63,223 nt of DNA, filler included, from Neoconidiobolus thromboides FSU 785 (GCA_025603075.1; 10 parts of 10 records of this genome joined end to end with filler, not necessarily neighbours in it), one strand, 5' to 3'; shown: positions 1-13,177, numbered from the whole stretch's first letter. Notes: a model not told the origin generated them from the letters alone. Made by a program: numbers and translations.

Positions 1-530
1 CAAATACTAGTAATAATACATTGACTCTTTCAAAACAATACAAATAACTCGTAATATGATGTGTAAACATTAATACTTTGATCTATAACAGTGTTTGTTG
101 ACTTCAATAATGGCATTTGACTAAAAAATGAATTAGAGTATCGGGTTAGAGTTACTCTATAAAAAAACAAGAATCTTTAGTACAAATAATCGGAAAATGA
201 AATGTTTTGATCGGAAAAGCAAAGCTAATTGTAGCATTAGAATCAAATCACTTTCCATCTGTATAAGTCTTAAAATAGGATCACCTTTAATATTTTTTGG
301 TTTCCTCTTTATTTGTTTAGAATAATAAAAATAATTTGGAATGAAAAGCTTCATTATCACACATTACTGACCTTTTTCTCGCTTTTCGTTCCCCAGTACA
401 TGTTAGCCCTTTTTTTACAACTACAAGTTGTTATTAACAAGTTACGTTACTTTTTTGATTTATAATATTGGCCACATACTACTCTAATTATGTTTTAGTT
501 AAAATGGATTCTTTCGACATTGATTGTAAA
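1..530 (-). pseudogene. Zn(II)2Cys6 transcription factor relic, copy A (runs off window start)
   Basis: Minus strand reads MSKESILTKT, then after a frameshift IRVVCGQ[Y]YKSKK*[R]NLLITTCS-CKK, then after another frameshift KGLTCTGERKARKR. This is C-x2-C-x6-C-x6-C-x2-C-x6-C spacing with a stop, Cys substitutions and frameshifts. Bases 1-480 are ~98% identical to the reverse complement of 20570-21049. Confidence 0.65.
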
Positions 531-598
531 TGTTTATAAAGATAAGGTTTGGCTGATATTCTTACAAATATTGCTGATCTAAACAACTGTAAAAAACT

Positions 599-698
599 AT
601 ATGGTGATGTTTTTTTTCATTGTTTTTTTTAATTTTTTAAGCGCTATTTGAACAGAAAGATCAGTAAAGTTCTTAAACAAAAAAACATATTCCTATAT
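599..698 (+). mobile_element. ATAT-flanked MITE family copy
   Basis: Consensus ATAT|GGGGATGTTTTTTTGGCTTCATTACTTTTTCCATCTTTTAAGCGCTATTTGAGTGGAAAAATTGTTAGTAAAATTCTTAAATACAAAAATACATCCCC|ATAT; this copy is diverged. Confidence 0.75.
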
Positions 699-1583
699 AC
701 TATTAAGCGATTAAGGAGGATATTTTCGTTGTACTTAAAGATGGCATTTAACCAATAAAGTTCAAAAAGTTAAGCTAACCAAATCAATTTCTAGGCTTTA
801 TTGGTTAAAGGCTACTTAGAATAAATTTGCTTTAAAGGGTTAACTGTAGCAGTTTTTATAAAAGCTGACGGCGCTCAAGGGGTTAAACGACGCTTCAATT
901 GTGATCAAATATCATTTGAAAAATTCATACGTATTACATAATTAACATTGATTAGAGTAAATTTTAGGCTCAGTATTCCATTATTGTTTTTAAATTCAAA
1001 ACCCAAAGGACTTTATATTTTATTAATCTAATATAACATGTAAGGGTAGAAGTCGTTAAGGTGGAACAAAGTCAAATAGTAGGTAGAATTCAAAAAAATT
1101 GGTGAAAGAAATTATTATGGAACAATCGAAACCAGAAATTTGTTCCATTATTAACTTCTGTGCGACTTGCAATTAAAAGAACAACACTAAAAGATAATCA
1201 CTATTTTGTTTGATTTGAAATTAATTCAATAGAATTTCTAAATTTTTACTTCAAAATTCATCAAGTTAGAAAATAGTTTATATCAAACAATCTATTACTA
1301 CAATGACACTTGTTTAATAGTTTTAATATATTTTATAATTTATTTTAAAATATCCTCTTTTTACTATTTTGTACAATCTGTAAGCAACTTTAAATTTAAT
1401 ATACAAGAATTAAAATTTTTGAACAAAAATAAACTTTTGTCGATTTTATTTCTTGGTAGCAGTTTGTATTATAATACTAATGACGAATAGTAACTTTATG
1501 CTATTATTTTTAGATAATCGAATAAGTTGGACCAGTGTTTGATCAAATAAAACATTAGCATTGGCTATCGATTTAAAATAAGG

Positions 1584-1686
1584 AATGGGGATGTTTTTAG
1601 TTTAATTGCTTTTTCCATCTTTTAAGCACTATTTGAGTGGAAAGACTGTTGGTAGAACTCTTAAACATAAAAACGCATCCTCAAAT
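1584..1686 (+). mobile_element. ATAT-flanked MITE family copy
   Basis: Matches consensus; ends eroded. Confidence 0.75.
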
Positions 1687-1749
1687 GATACTGTCAATAG
1701 TTAACAAAAAGGCAAAATATCTAATTAAGGAATAATGTTTGGGTTTTAA

Positions 1750-2890
1750 ATTGGGATCATGGAGGACAAAAGATTAAGTATTAGTTTCCAATAGATGCAT
1801 ATCTTTTGGTTTTATGCCTGTTATATATTTGAAGAGCAAATCTCCTTTATGACTATGAAATGCCAAATATTGTACATTATATAAAAGTACCCAACTGGAA
1901 TAACGAACGATTTTAATATAATAAGTATATCGATATAGTTGCATAACCCTTTACTGAAAATGTATTTCTTAATCAATACAAGTTTATGGATTGGGATTTC
2001 AGTGTTACTATCTAATGAGCTTACTGATAAATTACTTTTATTACTTTTGAATTATTGATATTTAAAGGCCTAATATGCGATAAGGAATCAAAAAGATGTT
2101 TAAAAAAACTTAGTACATTTATGATAGATAGATTAGGCTAACGACATTAATTGCCTTGCTATTTTGATTGGTTTTTTTTATTTGACACTGACTTTTTTTG
2201 ATCCTTTTTCTACAAGCCATGGATATCAAATAGGGATGTTTTTCTATTTCGTTATTTTTTCTATCTCTAAACACCATTCGAGTAGAAAAACTATTAGTAA
2301 AATCTTTAAATACAGAAATATACCCTCATATGTAAATAATGGCAATAATAAATCAATCCTTTGAAAATAAGAGTTAATAGTTGTGACATGATATTATAAA
2401 TATCAATATTCTTTTTGATTGTAGTACATATTGAATTAAATAACGGCAAGTCACTAAAAAACTTATCAAGGCACTGGCTTGAAGTGATTTTATAAAGAAA
2501 TAAGAGTTTTAGCCAATTACAATAGAACAATGAAACATTTTAAATGGAAAAGCAGAGGCAACAGAAGCGTTAGAATCAGGTCGATGCCCACTTATATATA
2601 TGTTATACGGATTAAGATATTGTTGACTCTTAAGTAAAGTACACTCCACTTTTTCTTTCCTTTTCCTTTTGCTTGATTGAGATAGTAAAAAGGATTGTGA
2701 ATGAAAGACTTGGTTGTTATGCATACGTGGTTTTCGCTTGCTCTTTCAATCCTTTGTACATGTTAGTCTTTTTCCTTTACACCTAGTACAAGTAGACATT
2801 ATTACATCACTTTTTCATTCTCCAATATGATATTGGTCCCATACTGGTCTAATTCTTGTTCGTTTTATTAATAGCGGTTCATTTGTTTTT
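1750..2890 (-). pseudogene. Zn(II)2Cys6 transcription factor relic, copy B, interrupted by a MITE
   Basis: Minus strand from ~2885 reads KRTRIRPV[W]DQ[Y]HIGE*K[S]DVIMSTCTRCKGKRLTCTKD*, with exact Zn-cluster spacing. Downstream DSNASVASAFPFKMFH and KFFSDLPLFNS align with copies A and C (DSNTTISFAFPIKTFH, SFFSQMPLLKS). Homology is clear over 2335-2890; the extension past the MITE to ~1750 is tentative. Confidence 0.6.
2229..2331 (+). mobile_element. ATAT-flanked MITE family copy, inside Zn-cluster relic B
   Basis: Diverged match to consensus. Confidence 0.7.
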
Positions 2891-3320
2891 AATAGCCAAT
2901 ATTCTAAAATACAAATTCATATATATTTTTATTTAATTGAAACAATTTGAAATAATAAAAAGTTTTTAAAATTAAAGCATAAATCTTAAACTAGAATGTA
3001 ACAGTGAAAATCAATAGCCCAATTAGCATAATCAATTTAAACTAATATAGTTTAAGTTCAAGTGTACAATAATTAACTATCCATTTAAAATTTAAAATTT
3101 ATGACAGTTTTTAATTAGCACAACAAAATATTTTATAAATTATACAAATTATTGTTAACTATTATATATTTGAGCTTATAATTTACAAAACTGACTAAAA
3201 TTAGATATCATTTTGCACAAATTTGTATTGATTAAACCAGCAGTCACAGAATTGGGTAAAAAAGTTATCTTAATTTTTTTGTAAAATAATCTAAAACTAA
3301 GCAATTTTTAAAGAAAAGAA

Positions 3321-6300
3321 ATGCAAGGGATCAGCGATTATATAACCGGGTTAATGGGAGGTGAAAGTCTACATAAGAGATTAAGCAGCTACATTTTAAA
3401 ATGGGTTTTGGGTTCCTTTTTACTAAATGATATTAAAGATCAGGATTTTCAATTAGATAGAAATGATTCAAAGTTTAAATTATTTCAATTGGAAATTGAT
3501 CCAAAAGTAAATATTTCGTCTTTTTTATATTTAATATAACTGTCTTTAGGCTATTAATGAACTATTACCAAACCTACCCTTTAAGTTTTTAAGTGGAAAG
3601 ATTGATAAATTGGAATTATCGATTCCTTGGCGTGCAATTGCCCAACCTAGTTGTGTAATTTTATCTGGTCTAAACGTTGAGTTGGAATTACAACAAGTAG
3701 AAACGATAATAAAAGGTAAAATTCCAATAACTTTTTTAAGTCAATTGTTAATTTTAAAAGAAGAATTTGATTTAAAGTCCAGTATCGGGGAATCGAGTTT
3801 ATTTATGGCAAATAGTTTTATTGTTGAACAAGGTGATGAGATACCAGATATACCAGAGGTTAAAGATAGCGCTGAAAAAGCATCCATGATAAGTGGTTGG
3901 ATTGAGAGTATAGTTAAAATGTTAAAAGTTTGTATTTATGATGTCCAAATAAGTATCAAGCTACCAAACAATAATAATAAAATAGTACTAGAAGTAGACA
4001 GTTTAATATGCAATGAAGATTTATTATTAGCAGCAAATGATATTGATAAGAATCCTATTGCTAGAGTGTTTGAAGTCAACGAACTAAAACTATTTTTCAA
4101 TTCAGACCTTCTATTAAAAGGCGAAGGTGTTTTACTTAAGTTAATTGGATTATCAGACAAAGAGAGTGAAAGGACGTCATCACTATTTGCAAAAAAATTC
4201 AACAATTGTACTTTAGAAATGGAATTAAATAGTATGGAATTATTAATATCACCCAAGCAGGCTAAGGAAATATTTTGTTTTATTGATAATATAAATGAAA
4301 TTATTAATAAAAATGGAGTTAAGAATAACGAGAAAGAAAATAAAGAAGAAGTCGAGGATATTTATTTAAAAGTATTTATGGAAATTAAAAAGATTAACAT
4401 TCAATTGTTTTATTTACCTCAAAGTTTTGAAGCTGAATTCGAAGCAACAAAACATTCACACTTAAGATTATTTTCTGAAGTAGTTATAGTTGAGTTCGCT
4501 AGTGTGCCAAGACCACCAATGGTATCTATTGAAAGTATTTATGAAGGGAGTTACAGAAAAGATATTCAATTAAATTTCAATTTCCAAAAGCTGATGATAG
4601 ACGAATATCTTTCATATTTTGAAAATGAGGCTGAGCTATTAGAAAATCAATTCAGTTTTCAAAAAGATAGTTATCTACCAATTCTATATTTTGATGAAGA
4701 ACTTCAAAGTTCAACAGATTATTTAATAAAATTACCTGTTGTTACAAAAGATGGTAAGGTTAATGTGGATCAAGACAATATAATTTCTTCTGGAATACCT
4801 TCTTTATATTCAAATAGTTTAGATTCTAACAATAACTCTTTCTCTTTTGATCCGGATGACTATATTGATGAAGTTAAATTTCAATTAAAGATTCAACTAT
4901 TTTTAAGTAAGTTTTATTATTTATTATATACGAAATGAGTTCAATCTTTAACAACAATTGTAATAATAATAATAAATTAGATTTAAAAAACACATGCATT
5001 ATTGATGGAGAGCCTATATGTTTACGTGTTGATCCTAGAATGATTGATCGATTTGAGTATTATTATCATATGCTGATGCCATTTTTTGTAAATAACCCTA
5101 GTAAAGAGGAAAGTGATAAATATAACAACATTAATTTTAATACATCCAATAATAACATATTTGATGATATTTACATAATGAATGACTTGGATATGAGAAA
5201 CAATAATTCACCTAAAAAGAAAAAAAATTGGGAAATTGAGTTAAAATCCAATTTTGTTCGTTTAATTATATTTACACCAGCAACTGTACTCGGGGAAGAT
5301 ATCTTATTAAATCATAAGTAAGTTTCTATTCTATATTAATAAATTAAATTAAACATTAATATTAATGGTTTTATAGAATTGGACGAATACATCAAGATTT
5401 TTGGATAATGGATATTTTAAAACCAAGAATTATTTATCCAAAGATAATTAATAATAATGAAGAAAAAGAAGAGATTTCATTTAAAATTGATTATCATTTA
5501 TTAGATATTTCATTATATTTAAGAAAAGAAAATGAAATTTATTGTTTTTTGAGTATTTCTCCAATGGAAGGATATGAAAAACTAGGTTTACCGAATTTAG
5601 ATATTACTTTATTAAGTAATGAAAATATAACAGAAAGAATTAGTTCACCTATAATCATTAATCGGAATCCTAATTATTTTGACACTTCATTATCACCATC
5701 AACAGCATTACCAGTACCATTTCCAAAAGTATTTCAAGGATTTATTGAAGGGGAAGTTAAATTATTACTTAAAGGTTATGAAGAAGAAGTAATGGAGTTT
5801 AAACAAAAAGTATTGAATTTTACTAAAGTTATTGTCTCCACTCATTTTCAAACAATATTAATTAAATTTGACAAATTACATTATGACAGAAATCAATTTT
5901 TAGTCAATGATATATCTTCTTATGAGCCTCATTTTTTAAAATTTAAAGAGATGGAATTAGAATTTGAGGATTCAAATTCTTTTTTTACAGCTGAAGAAGA
6001 TTATGCTTCAAAATATAGATCAACGACATTTTCAAATGCTGAAGAAAAATTTGATAATGAAGGGAATAATTTAAATTTATCTTCCTTATTATGTTTAATT
6101 GTTGCTATGCCTCATTGTAATATTGTTTATTAAATATTATTTAAAATTTTATTAATTATTTTTTTAGTGGATATTCAATTAGATTTCAAAACAGGAGAAT
6201 GTGATAATTCATATACAATTAATTTTTCAGAATGTCGATTTTTTTCAAGTAGTAAATTTCAAGGAAAGGTAACTAATTTTATTTAATTCAATTAATACAA

Positions 6301-9300
6301 TTTTTTATTATTTTTAATTAATATTGAATTTTTATTAGAATCAAACGTATTGTCATATTGAAGCAGACGAATTTTATTTAATTAACGATTTGGAACAAAA
6401 AAACCCGATAATTTCTCCTACTTTCTTAAATCACGTGAGTTTATTATCATTATTATTATATAGTATTTACTCCTTTTTTTAGGTTAAAAATAATTTTTCA
6501 ATTACATTTTTTTCATCACTTGAACCACCATTAAGTCACATCAAAGAAAGTTCCATTAATATTTCACTAAAGGGATTACAATTAAGTTTGAATCATAATG
6601 AACAATGGTTAGTAGATTTCATTTCCTTTGGCAATCCAGATGAAAAAGGGGTAAGTTTATTTTATTATTTACATTAATTACTTATATTATCTATTCATAT
6701 TATCTATTTATTATTTAGTTAACACCAATTAGTAATACATTAATAAGAGCCAAAGTATCGGTTAATATTGATGATTTGACATGTTTGTTTAAAAGTGAAG
6801 AGGAAAATTTATCATTTTTATTTGAACAATTTAAAGTAATTAATTTATATATAACTAATACACAATAATAATAATAAAACCAAACATTTTTTATTAGTTA
6901 TCAACAACAATATTTAATCCCAACCCCGAAATCCAAATTAAAGCAGGAATCCAAAGTATGAAAATCATGATCAATAATCAATTATTAATCCAAAAAGAAA
7001 AAATACCATTAAGATACCGTAAAGCAGAAAATCATAAATTTATGTATTCAAGTCAATTTAATAATAAAAAACAATCAAGTATTCAATTATGGAAGGTAAT
7101 ATTCATTATACTGTTATAAGCATAATAATAGAGCTGTATTAACTATTTTAATATCTTAAATTAGAAACAAGGATTCATTCAAATTGGATATTTAAGTTAC
7201 CTTTCTATATTAGTTAAAATAATCAATAGCGGAAATGAAGTACCTCATATTGATATTCAATGTGATAATCAATCCTTTGATATACAGCTATATAAAGATT
7301 CCATTCAAATATTAACTTTATTGTTGGAGAAAATAACTCAAAAATTCAATAATAATAACAATAATAATAACCACAATGATAGTGATAACGATAACAATAA
7401 TAGTAATAGTAATAATAGCAGTGATTATGATGACAATGAGTAATTTATAATATTGGATATAAACTATTTATTTATTTGTATTAATTTGATTTAGATTCAT
7501 TGATGGAAGCCATGAAATCAAAGAATCAGATATTCAAATAGAAGCCAACTTAGATTTTAATATATTAGGTAAGTTAGACCAAATTTTATTAAAAATAAAT
7601 AATGAACCCGTGTTATATTAGATACAATAGATAACCATGCATTTGAAATGCCACCCAATTTACCACCTCGACCTGAAACAAGAAATAATAACTCTTATAG
7701 TACAAATGAAACTGAAATTGAAATTAATTTTAATGAGTTATTATCACCAACAAATATTGATATGGACTATTTTGATCATTTAAACTTCAATGACAAATCG
7801 GATGAAGAATGGGAAAATGAGAATTGTAATTATGATAATATTAATAATAAGAATAGCATGGAAAAAGTTAAAATACTAGACATTGAACCGTTTGAATTAG
7901 TGGAAGATTATTTTAGTACAATACAGCATAATCTTAATGAAATGGAGGATAATTTAGTTTGCAACTATTCTATGAAATTGAATGTTAAAGAATTCAATTT
8001 GAATATTCAATTTTTTAAAGGTAGTTGTTTTGATGAAATAGATCAAAAAGAATGTATTGAAATTCAACTAAATCAATTCAAATTAAATTATATTCAATTT
8101 ATTATGGGCGATATTCAATCAAAATTTAATATTGAAGTAAACGAATTCAATATTTTGGATCATTTCCAAAAAGATAAATATCAAAAATTCATTTCGTTTA
8201 ATAAGGGATTTAAAGATTATATATTCAATTTAGAACTTACTAGTATTAGTTTGAATGATTCAAACGTCGAGTATAGATTTAGTGTAAGTTATTATTTATT
8301 TCCTATTCCATAGTTATTGATAATTTACTTTTTTCAAATTTTTTAGATGGATTTATTACCACTACGATTATTTATTAATCAAAATAGTATTTTGTTCTTG
8401 ATACAATTATTTGAAAATGAAAATAACTCAACCATCTCTAATGAAACAGGTAGAGTAAGTGAAGATAGTATGGATAGTAATAATAATAACGAAACTACAA
8501 AATTATTAAATAAAATATACTTTCAATATATCAAAATTAATGAAATTCAGTTGATTATCGATTACCAACCCAAATCAATAGATTTAATGAATTTTAAAAA
8601 TGGGCAATATTATGAAATATTAAATTTGTTTTCTTTTAAAGAAGCTCAATTAAAGTTATTAAATATTGAATTAAATGGGGTAAGTTATTTTTTAGCTAAT
8701 TTATAGAATCGAAATTAAATATAATTATTTTATTATTGTTTATCAATTCTATTATTAATTCTATTCTATTTTAGATTGAAGGTATTGATCAATTATTTGA
8801 AAATATATTAAATTGTTGGTTACCTAATATAATTAACCATCAATTACCAACAATGATTGGTGGATTAAAACAAATTCAGCCCATTTATAATTTATCTAAC
8901 GGAATTAAAGATTTTATTCAGTTACCTTTACAACAATTCAAAAATGAAGGAAAAGTATTAAAAGGTAAATGACAATTAATATTAATATTATTTAATAGTA
9001 TTAATATTATTATAGGCGTTAAATTAGGAACATACAATTTATTGAAAGTAACTACCTTTGAAGCTTTGAGATTTTCATCTACAATAGCCAATTCTGTACA
9101 TCAAATACTGGAAGGAGCAGGAGCAGCATTAGGAGCTAAAAATACAAACCAACAACAAAATGAACAACCAAATGGATTGAAAGAAGGTAATACTTATAAT
9201 ATCTTTTTATTAAAACAAGAGAATTCAATATTAATAATGATTTATTTAATTAGGATTTGAATTAGGATTAAAATCGTTTAATCGTAATTTAAATAATAAT

Positions 9301-9480
9301 AATTTAATAATTGGTAATCATAATAATCAAGAGTTACAGCAACATAATGAAACTAATTTAGTTTCAACTCATGCTTTATTACAAGCTACTCCTATATTAT
9401 TATTAAAACCAATGATTGGTACAGCTCATTTAATTGCTCTATCTTTAACTGGATTAAAAAACTCCATTAAAAAGAAATAA
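3321..9480 (+). CDS. ATG2: Autophagy-related lipid transfer protein Atg2 (multi-exon)
   Basis: Exon 1 is 3321-3506, then intron 3507-3549, then AINELLPNLPFKFLSGKIDKLELSIPWR (Chorein_N-like). The C-terminal exons contain DLLPLRLFINQ, IIDYQPKSID, WLPNIINHQLP and QATPILLLKPMIGT (Atg2 C-terminal signature). Stop TAA is at 9478-9480. Internal splice sites were not all resolved. Confidence 0.9.
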
Positions 9481-9550
9481 GATTAAATAGAAATAAGAAT
9501 AATAAGAATAACAAGAATAACAATTAAGATATAATATTTTATTTGTTTAC

Positions 9551-11944
9551 TCAAAGTTCATCATGTTCTTCTAATTCTTCAATTGAATCCTCTTCATCTA
9601 CATCCACTTTAACTTCTTGATTTTGTTGATATTCATTATTTTGATTTTTAACATCTGGATAATCTAATTGAGTATCTAAGCCTAATTGTAAACGAATTAA
9701 TATTTCCACTCTATCAGCATAAGCTTGAGGGGAAGGTAAATCATAATCAGATCTTAACATTGAAGTTTGAAATAATAAATGAGCCATATCAACCATATTT
9801 TTGTCCATTTGATTATTATTGATTTTAGCTAATAAATTTTGAATAATTTTATGATGTGGATTTAATTCTAATCCTTTTTTAGCGTTTAGCCATTTGTTCA
9901 TTTCAGTTTCTTGTTGAGATGCATATGCTTGTGCTTTCATCAATCTTTCTTGATTACCACTTAATCCACCTAATGTAGAAGGTGTAATTGCTGTTGGGGA
10001 ATAAATTAATCTTGTTGATAATTTAACGGACTCAACTTCTTCTTTCAATATTTCATTAAACCAATCAATCAATGGTTTGTACTCTTCTTCTAATTGATTT
10101 AATTCTTTTTTATTATCCTTGACATCATTTTGAGCAGCAATAGCATGAACTAATTCTTTTCCTTTATATTTTCTTAAATATTGCATTGTAAATTCATCCA
10201 CTGGTAAATCCATATAAATTACTTCATATCCTAAAGATACTAATTTTTCAACATAAGGGGAACGTAATAAAGCTTCCATTGAACCACCTGTAATAAAATA
10301 AATTTTATTTTGGTTTGGCTTCATTCTTTCAATATATTCATCTAAAGAAGTAAATTTTTTATGAGATGAATCAAATCTTAAGAATTTAGCTATCTTTTCA
10401 GAATGATATTCATCTTCACGAATACCTCTCTTTAAATGAGCTCCAAAGTCACCTAGAAATTTTTTATATTTGGTTTCATCTTTAGTTATTTGTTCAAATA
10501 ATTCAAACGATTTATTTAATAATTTTTTCTTAATAACTCTCACTAATCTTGAATTTTGAACTGTTTCTCTAGATACATTTAATGGAATATCATCACAATC
10601 CACAATCCCTCTTAAGAATGCTAACCAATCTGGAATCAACTTAATAGTATCATCTGTAATAAACACTCTTTTGACATGTAATTTAATAGGGGTATCAATG
10701 ACTTTTGGTAATTTTAAAGATTCAAAGCCCAATTCAGGTACATAAATAATAGCTTTAAAATTACTATCCCCTTCTGCTTTAAAATGAATTTGTTGTAGCG
10801 GTTGGCCAATATTATCGTTTAATCGTTGAAATAATCTTAAATGTTCTTCTTGAGTGACATTCTTGGGATTTTTAGTCCAAATTGGTGGTTCTAAATTCAT
10901 TAATTGAAATCCTTCTACTAACTTATCTTCTTCTGTGGCTTCTTCTCCAGTTTCTTCTCCAGTTTCTTCTTTTATTTCATTCTCTACATTATCTTTATCA
11001 GATTTTTTAATTTCTTTTCCTTTTTTCCAAAGATAAATTGGGAATTCAATGTATTCACTATATTTACGAATCAATTCTTCCAAAAATTCTGGTTTTAAAT
11101 ATTCTTTGGCATCCTCTTTTAAAAATAGAGTAATCTGAGTACCTCTACCTAAAGTATTACCTCTTGGATCTTTAACAATTGTAAAATCCGAAATAGCCGA
11201 AGATTCCCAAATATATTGTTCATCTTCCGAATTTTTAGAAATTACTTGAACTTTATCAGCAACTAAAAATGCAGAATAAAACCCTACTCCAAATTGGCCA
11301 ATTAGATGGTTATTATCCTTATTGTTTTCAAATTGTTTAATAAAATCAGCAGTCCCTGATTTAGCGATAGTGCCTAAATTTTTCTTTAAATCATTATAAG
11401 TCATACCAATTCCTGTATCAGTAATAATTAAGGTATTGGTAGCGGGATCAGGTTTGATTGTTAAATATAAATCTTTAGCTTCAGTTACTTTGGATTTCTT
11501 GGTCAAGGAGAGTAAACGTAATTTATCTAATGCATCAGAACCATTGGAGATTAATTCACGTAAAAATATTTCTTTGTTTTTATATAAAGAATGAATAATA
11601 ATATTCATAACACGACTATAATAAAAATATTGTATTAGTATCATATAGATTTATTTGAATAATAACTAATTTGTTACCTAACTTCGGTCTATTTATTTTA
11701 TTAAAATAGAAAATTAAGATGTTAATAAACAGTTTGATAAATAATAATAAGGAATCTTTACCTCAAATTGAAATTTCTTCTTAGTTTGATCTATTTCTTT
11801 AATTTGTTCTTCATTTAGTTGTACACCTTCAGTACTGTCCTTTAATTCAATATCAACTACTTTATCTTTAGAAGTATCACTTCCAAGGACAAAAGTGATG
11901 CTTAGTAGGCTCAATAATACTAACCAAGAGAGATTGAACTTCAT
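9551..11944 (-). CDS. HSP90B1: ER Hsp90 (GRP94/endoplasmin), 3 exons
   Basis: Signal peptide MKFNLSWLVLLSLLSITFVLG. Spliced [32 protein letters not shown], plus DTGIGMT, IGQFGVGFYS and GIVDCDDIPLNVSRE motifs and C-terminal HDEL. Exons are 11762-11944, 11678-11688 (11 nt) and 9551-11615. Confidence 0.95.
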
Positions 11945-12207
11945 GATTAAATGTAAAGCACTAAAAGAGAAGAAGAAAGATAATTAATATAAGATTAAAT
12001 GAAATTAAAAGTAAATAGTAAGTTTGAATATTACCTTTTAATTCAAACCTTGATATTTTATTTATTAAAATAAAATTTGTTAGATTGTTAATTCTTTTTA
12101 TACTTTCTTATTAGTTTGAAACTTGTAGCCAGTTATTAATAATATGCAAGATTGAATTCATGATTGATATTTTATTCTTGAAATTTATCATTACTTTCAT
12201 TAAAAAT

Positions 12208-12229
12208 CCAATCTTCACTTGCCACGTCA
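12208..12229 (+). promoter_or_regulatory. ERSE-I (CCAAT-N9-CCACG) overlapping a UPRE-type TGACGTGG upstream of GRP94
   Basis: CCAAT at 12208-12212, 9-nt spacer cttcacttg, CCACG at 12222-12226. CCACGTCA at 12222-12229 reads TGACGTGG on the gene strand. The site is ~265 bp upstream of the GRP94 ATG. A TATAAAAAG lies on the minus strand at 12094-12102. Confidence 0.65.
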
Positions 12230-12842
12230 CAATTTCTTATTTTTTTTAATAATTTTTTTAAACATGAAATTGGAATCATTCACTGTTATTTGAAATTAGT
12301 AAAATAATTGCCCAATAATAAAAGTTTGGGTCAGTCTTAGTTTATCATCAGGTCACTAAACACATCAGCTGAGAAACATGATAAAGTGTAATGAGATATG
12401 ATGCTTTTTTTAATATTGTTTAAGAATAAAACCGATGGAATCAGTTTAATGTGAGATTTTTGTTAAGAATAGTATTTTTTAATGATATTTTGAGTAAGAT
12501 ATAATAGTACAAAAGTCATTAAGAATTTGTTTTAAGAAGATGATTTGGTATGGGAACTATTAACTAATGAAAAGGTAATCAAACTTTCTATTGCTTTCAA
12601 TATTTTAGTTCTGAAAATTGAATTCTTCAAGTTTTATAAAATATTAAATTCAATATCAGTAATAATGTTAACATAGATATTAACTATTTCAATCATACTT
12701 ATTTTTAAAACTCCTTTTATTAATGTTGGAAACAACATATAAATCGATAAATTGATTTTTTTTAAATTTCATTTTACTTTTTCAGAATTGATCATTTGCT
12801 TTCGAAAATCTTTATGATATTAGCTGTCATTAACGTTTTAGA

Positions 12843-12948
12843 ATATGGGGATGTTTTTTTTGGCTTCATTACTTTTTCCATCTTTTAAGCGCTATTTGAG
12901 TGGAAAAATTGTTAGTAAAAATTTTAAATACAAAATACACCCCTATAT
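12843..12948 (+). mobile_element. ATAT-flanked MITE family copy
   Basis: Near-consensus, ATAT both sides. Confidence 0.85.
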
Positions 12949-13177
12949 TATAAATAACAAATAACCCAATGAAACTTTCATCAAATATAGACTCAAACAA
13001 TATATTTGTATAGAAATTTTTATATTAAATTCAATCAAAGTTCATTTTTAACTACTTCATGACCCAATCACATGAAGTAAAGAATTAAAAATCAGTAATA
13101 ATATATAAAAATACAATTAAAAAAAAGTAAAGTTAATAATTGAAAAATTGACTATTTTATTATAATTAAAAAAATAC

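Noticed and set aside
157-360. 67-aa ORF MIMKLFIPNY... and its twin at 20690-20893 as real genes
   Set aside because: They are an off-frame reading of the Zn-cluster pseudogene; the homologous frame shared with copy B is different.
3936-4256. Antisense and alternative-frame ORFs inside genes (3936-4256, 14338-14628, 16944-17219, 29126-29308, 55306-55512, 55871-56068, 57352-57609)
   Set aside because: Shadows of real CDSs, low-complexity introns or the LINE relic, with no independent motifs.
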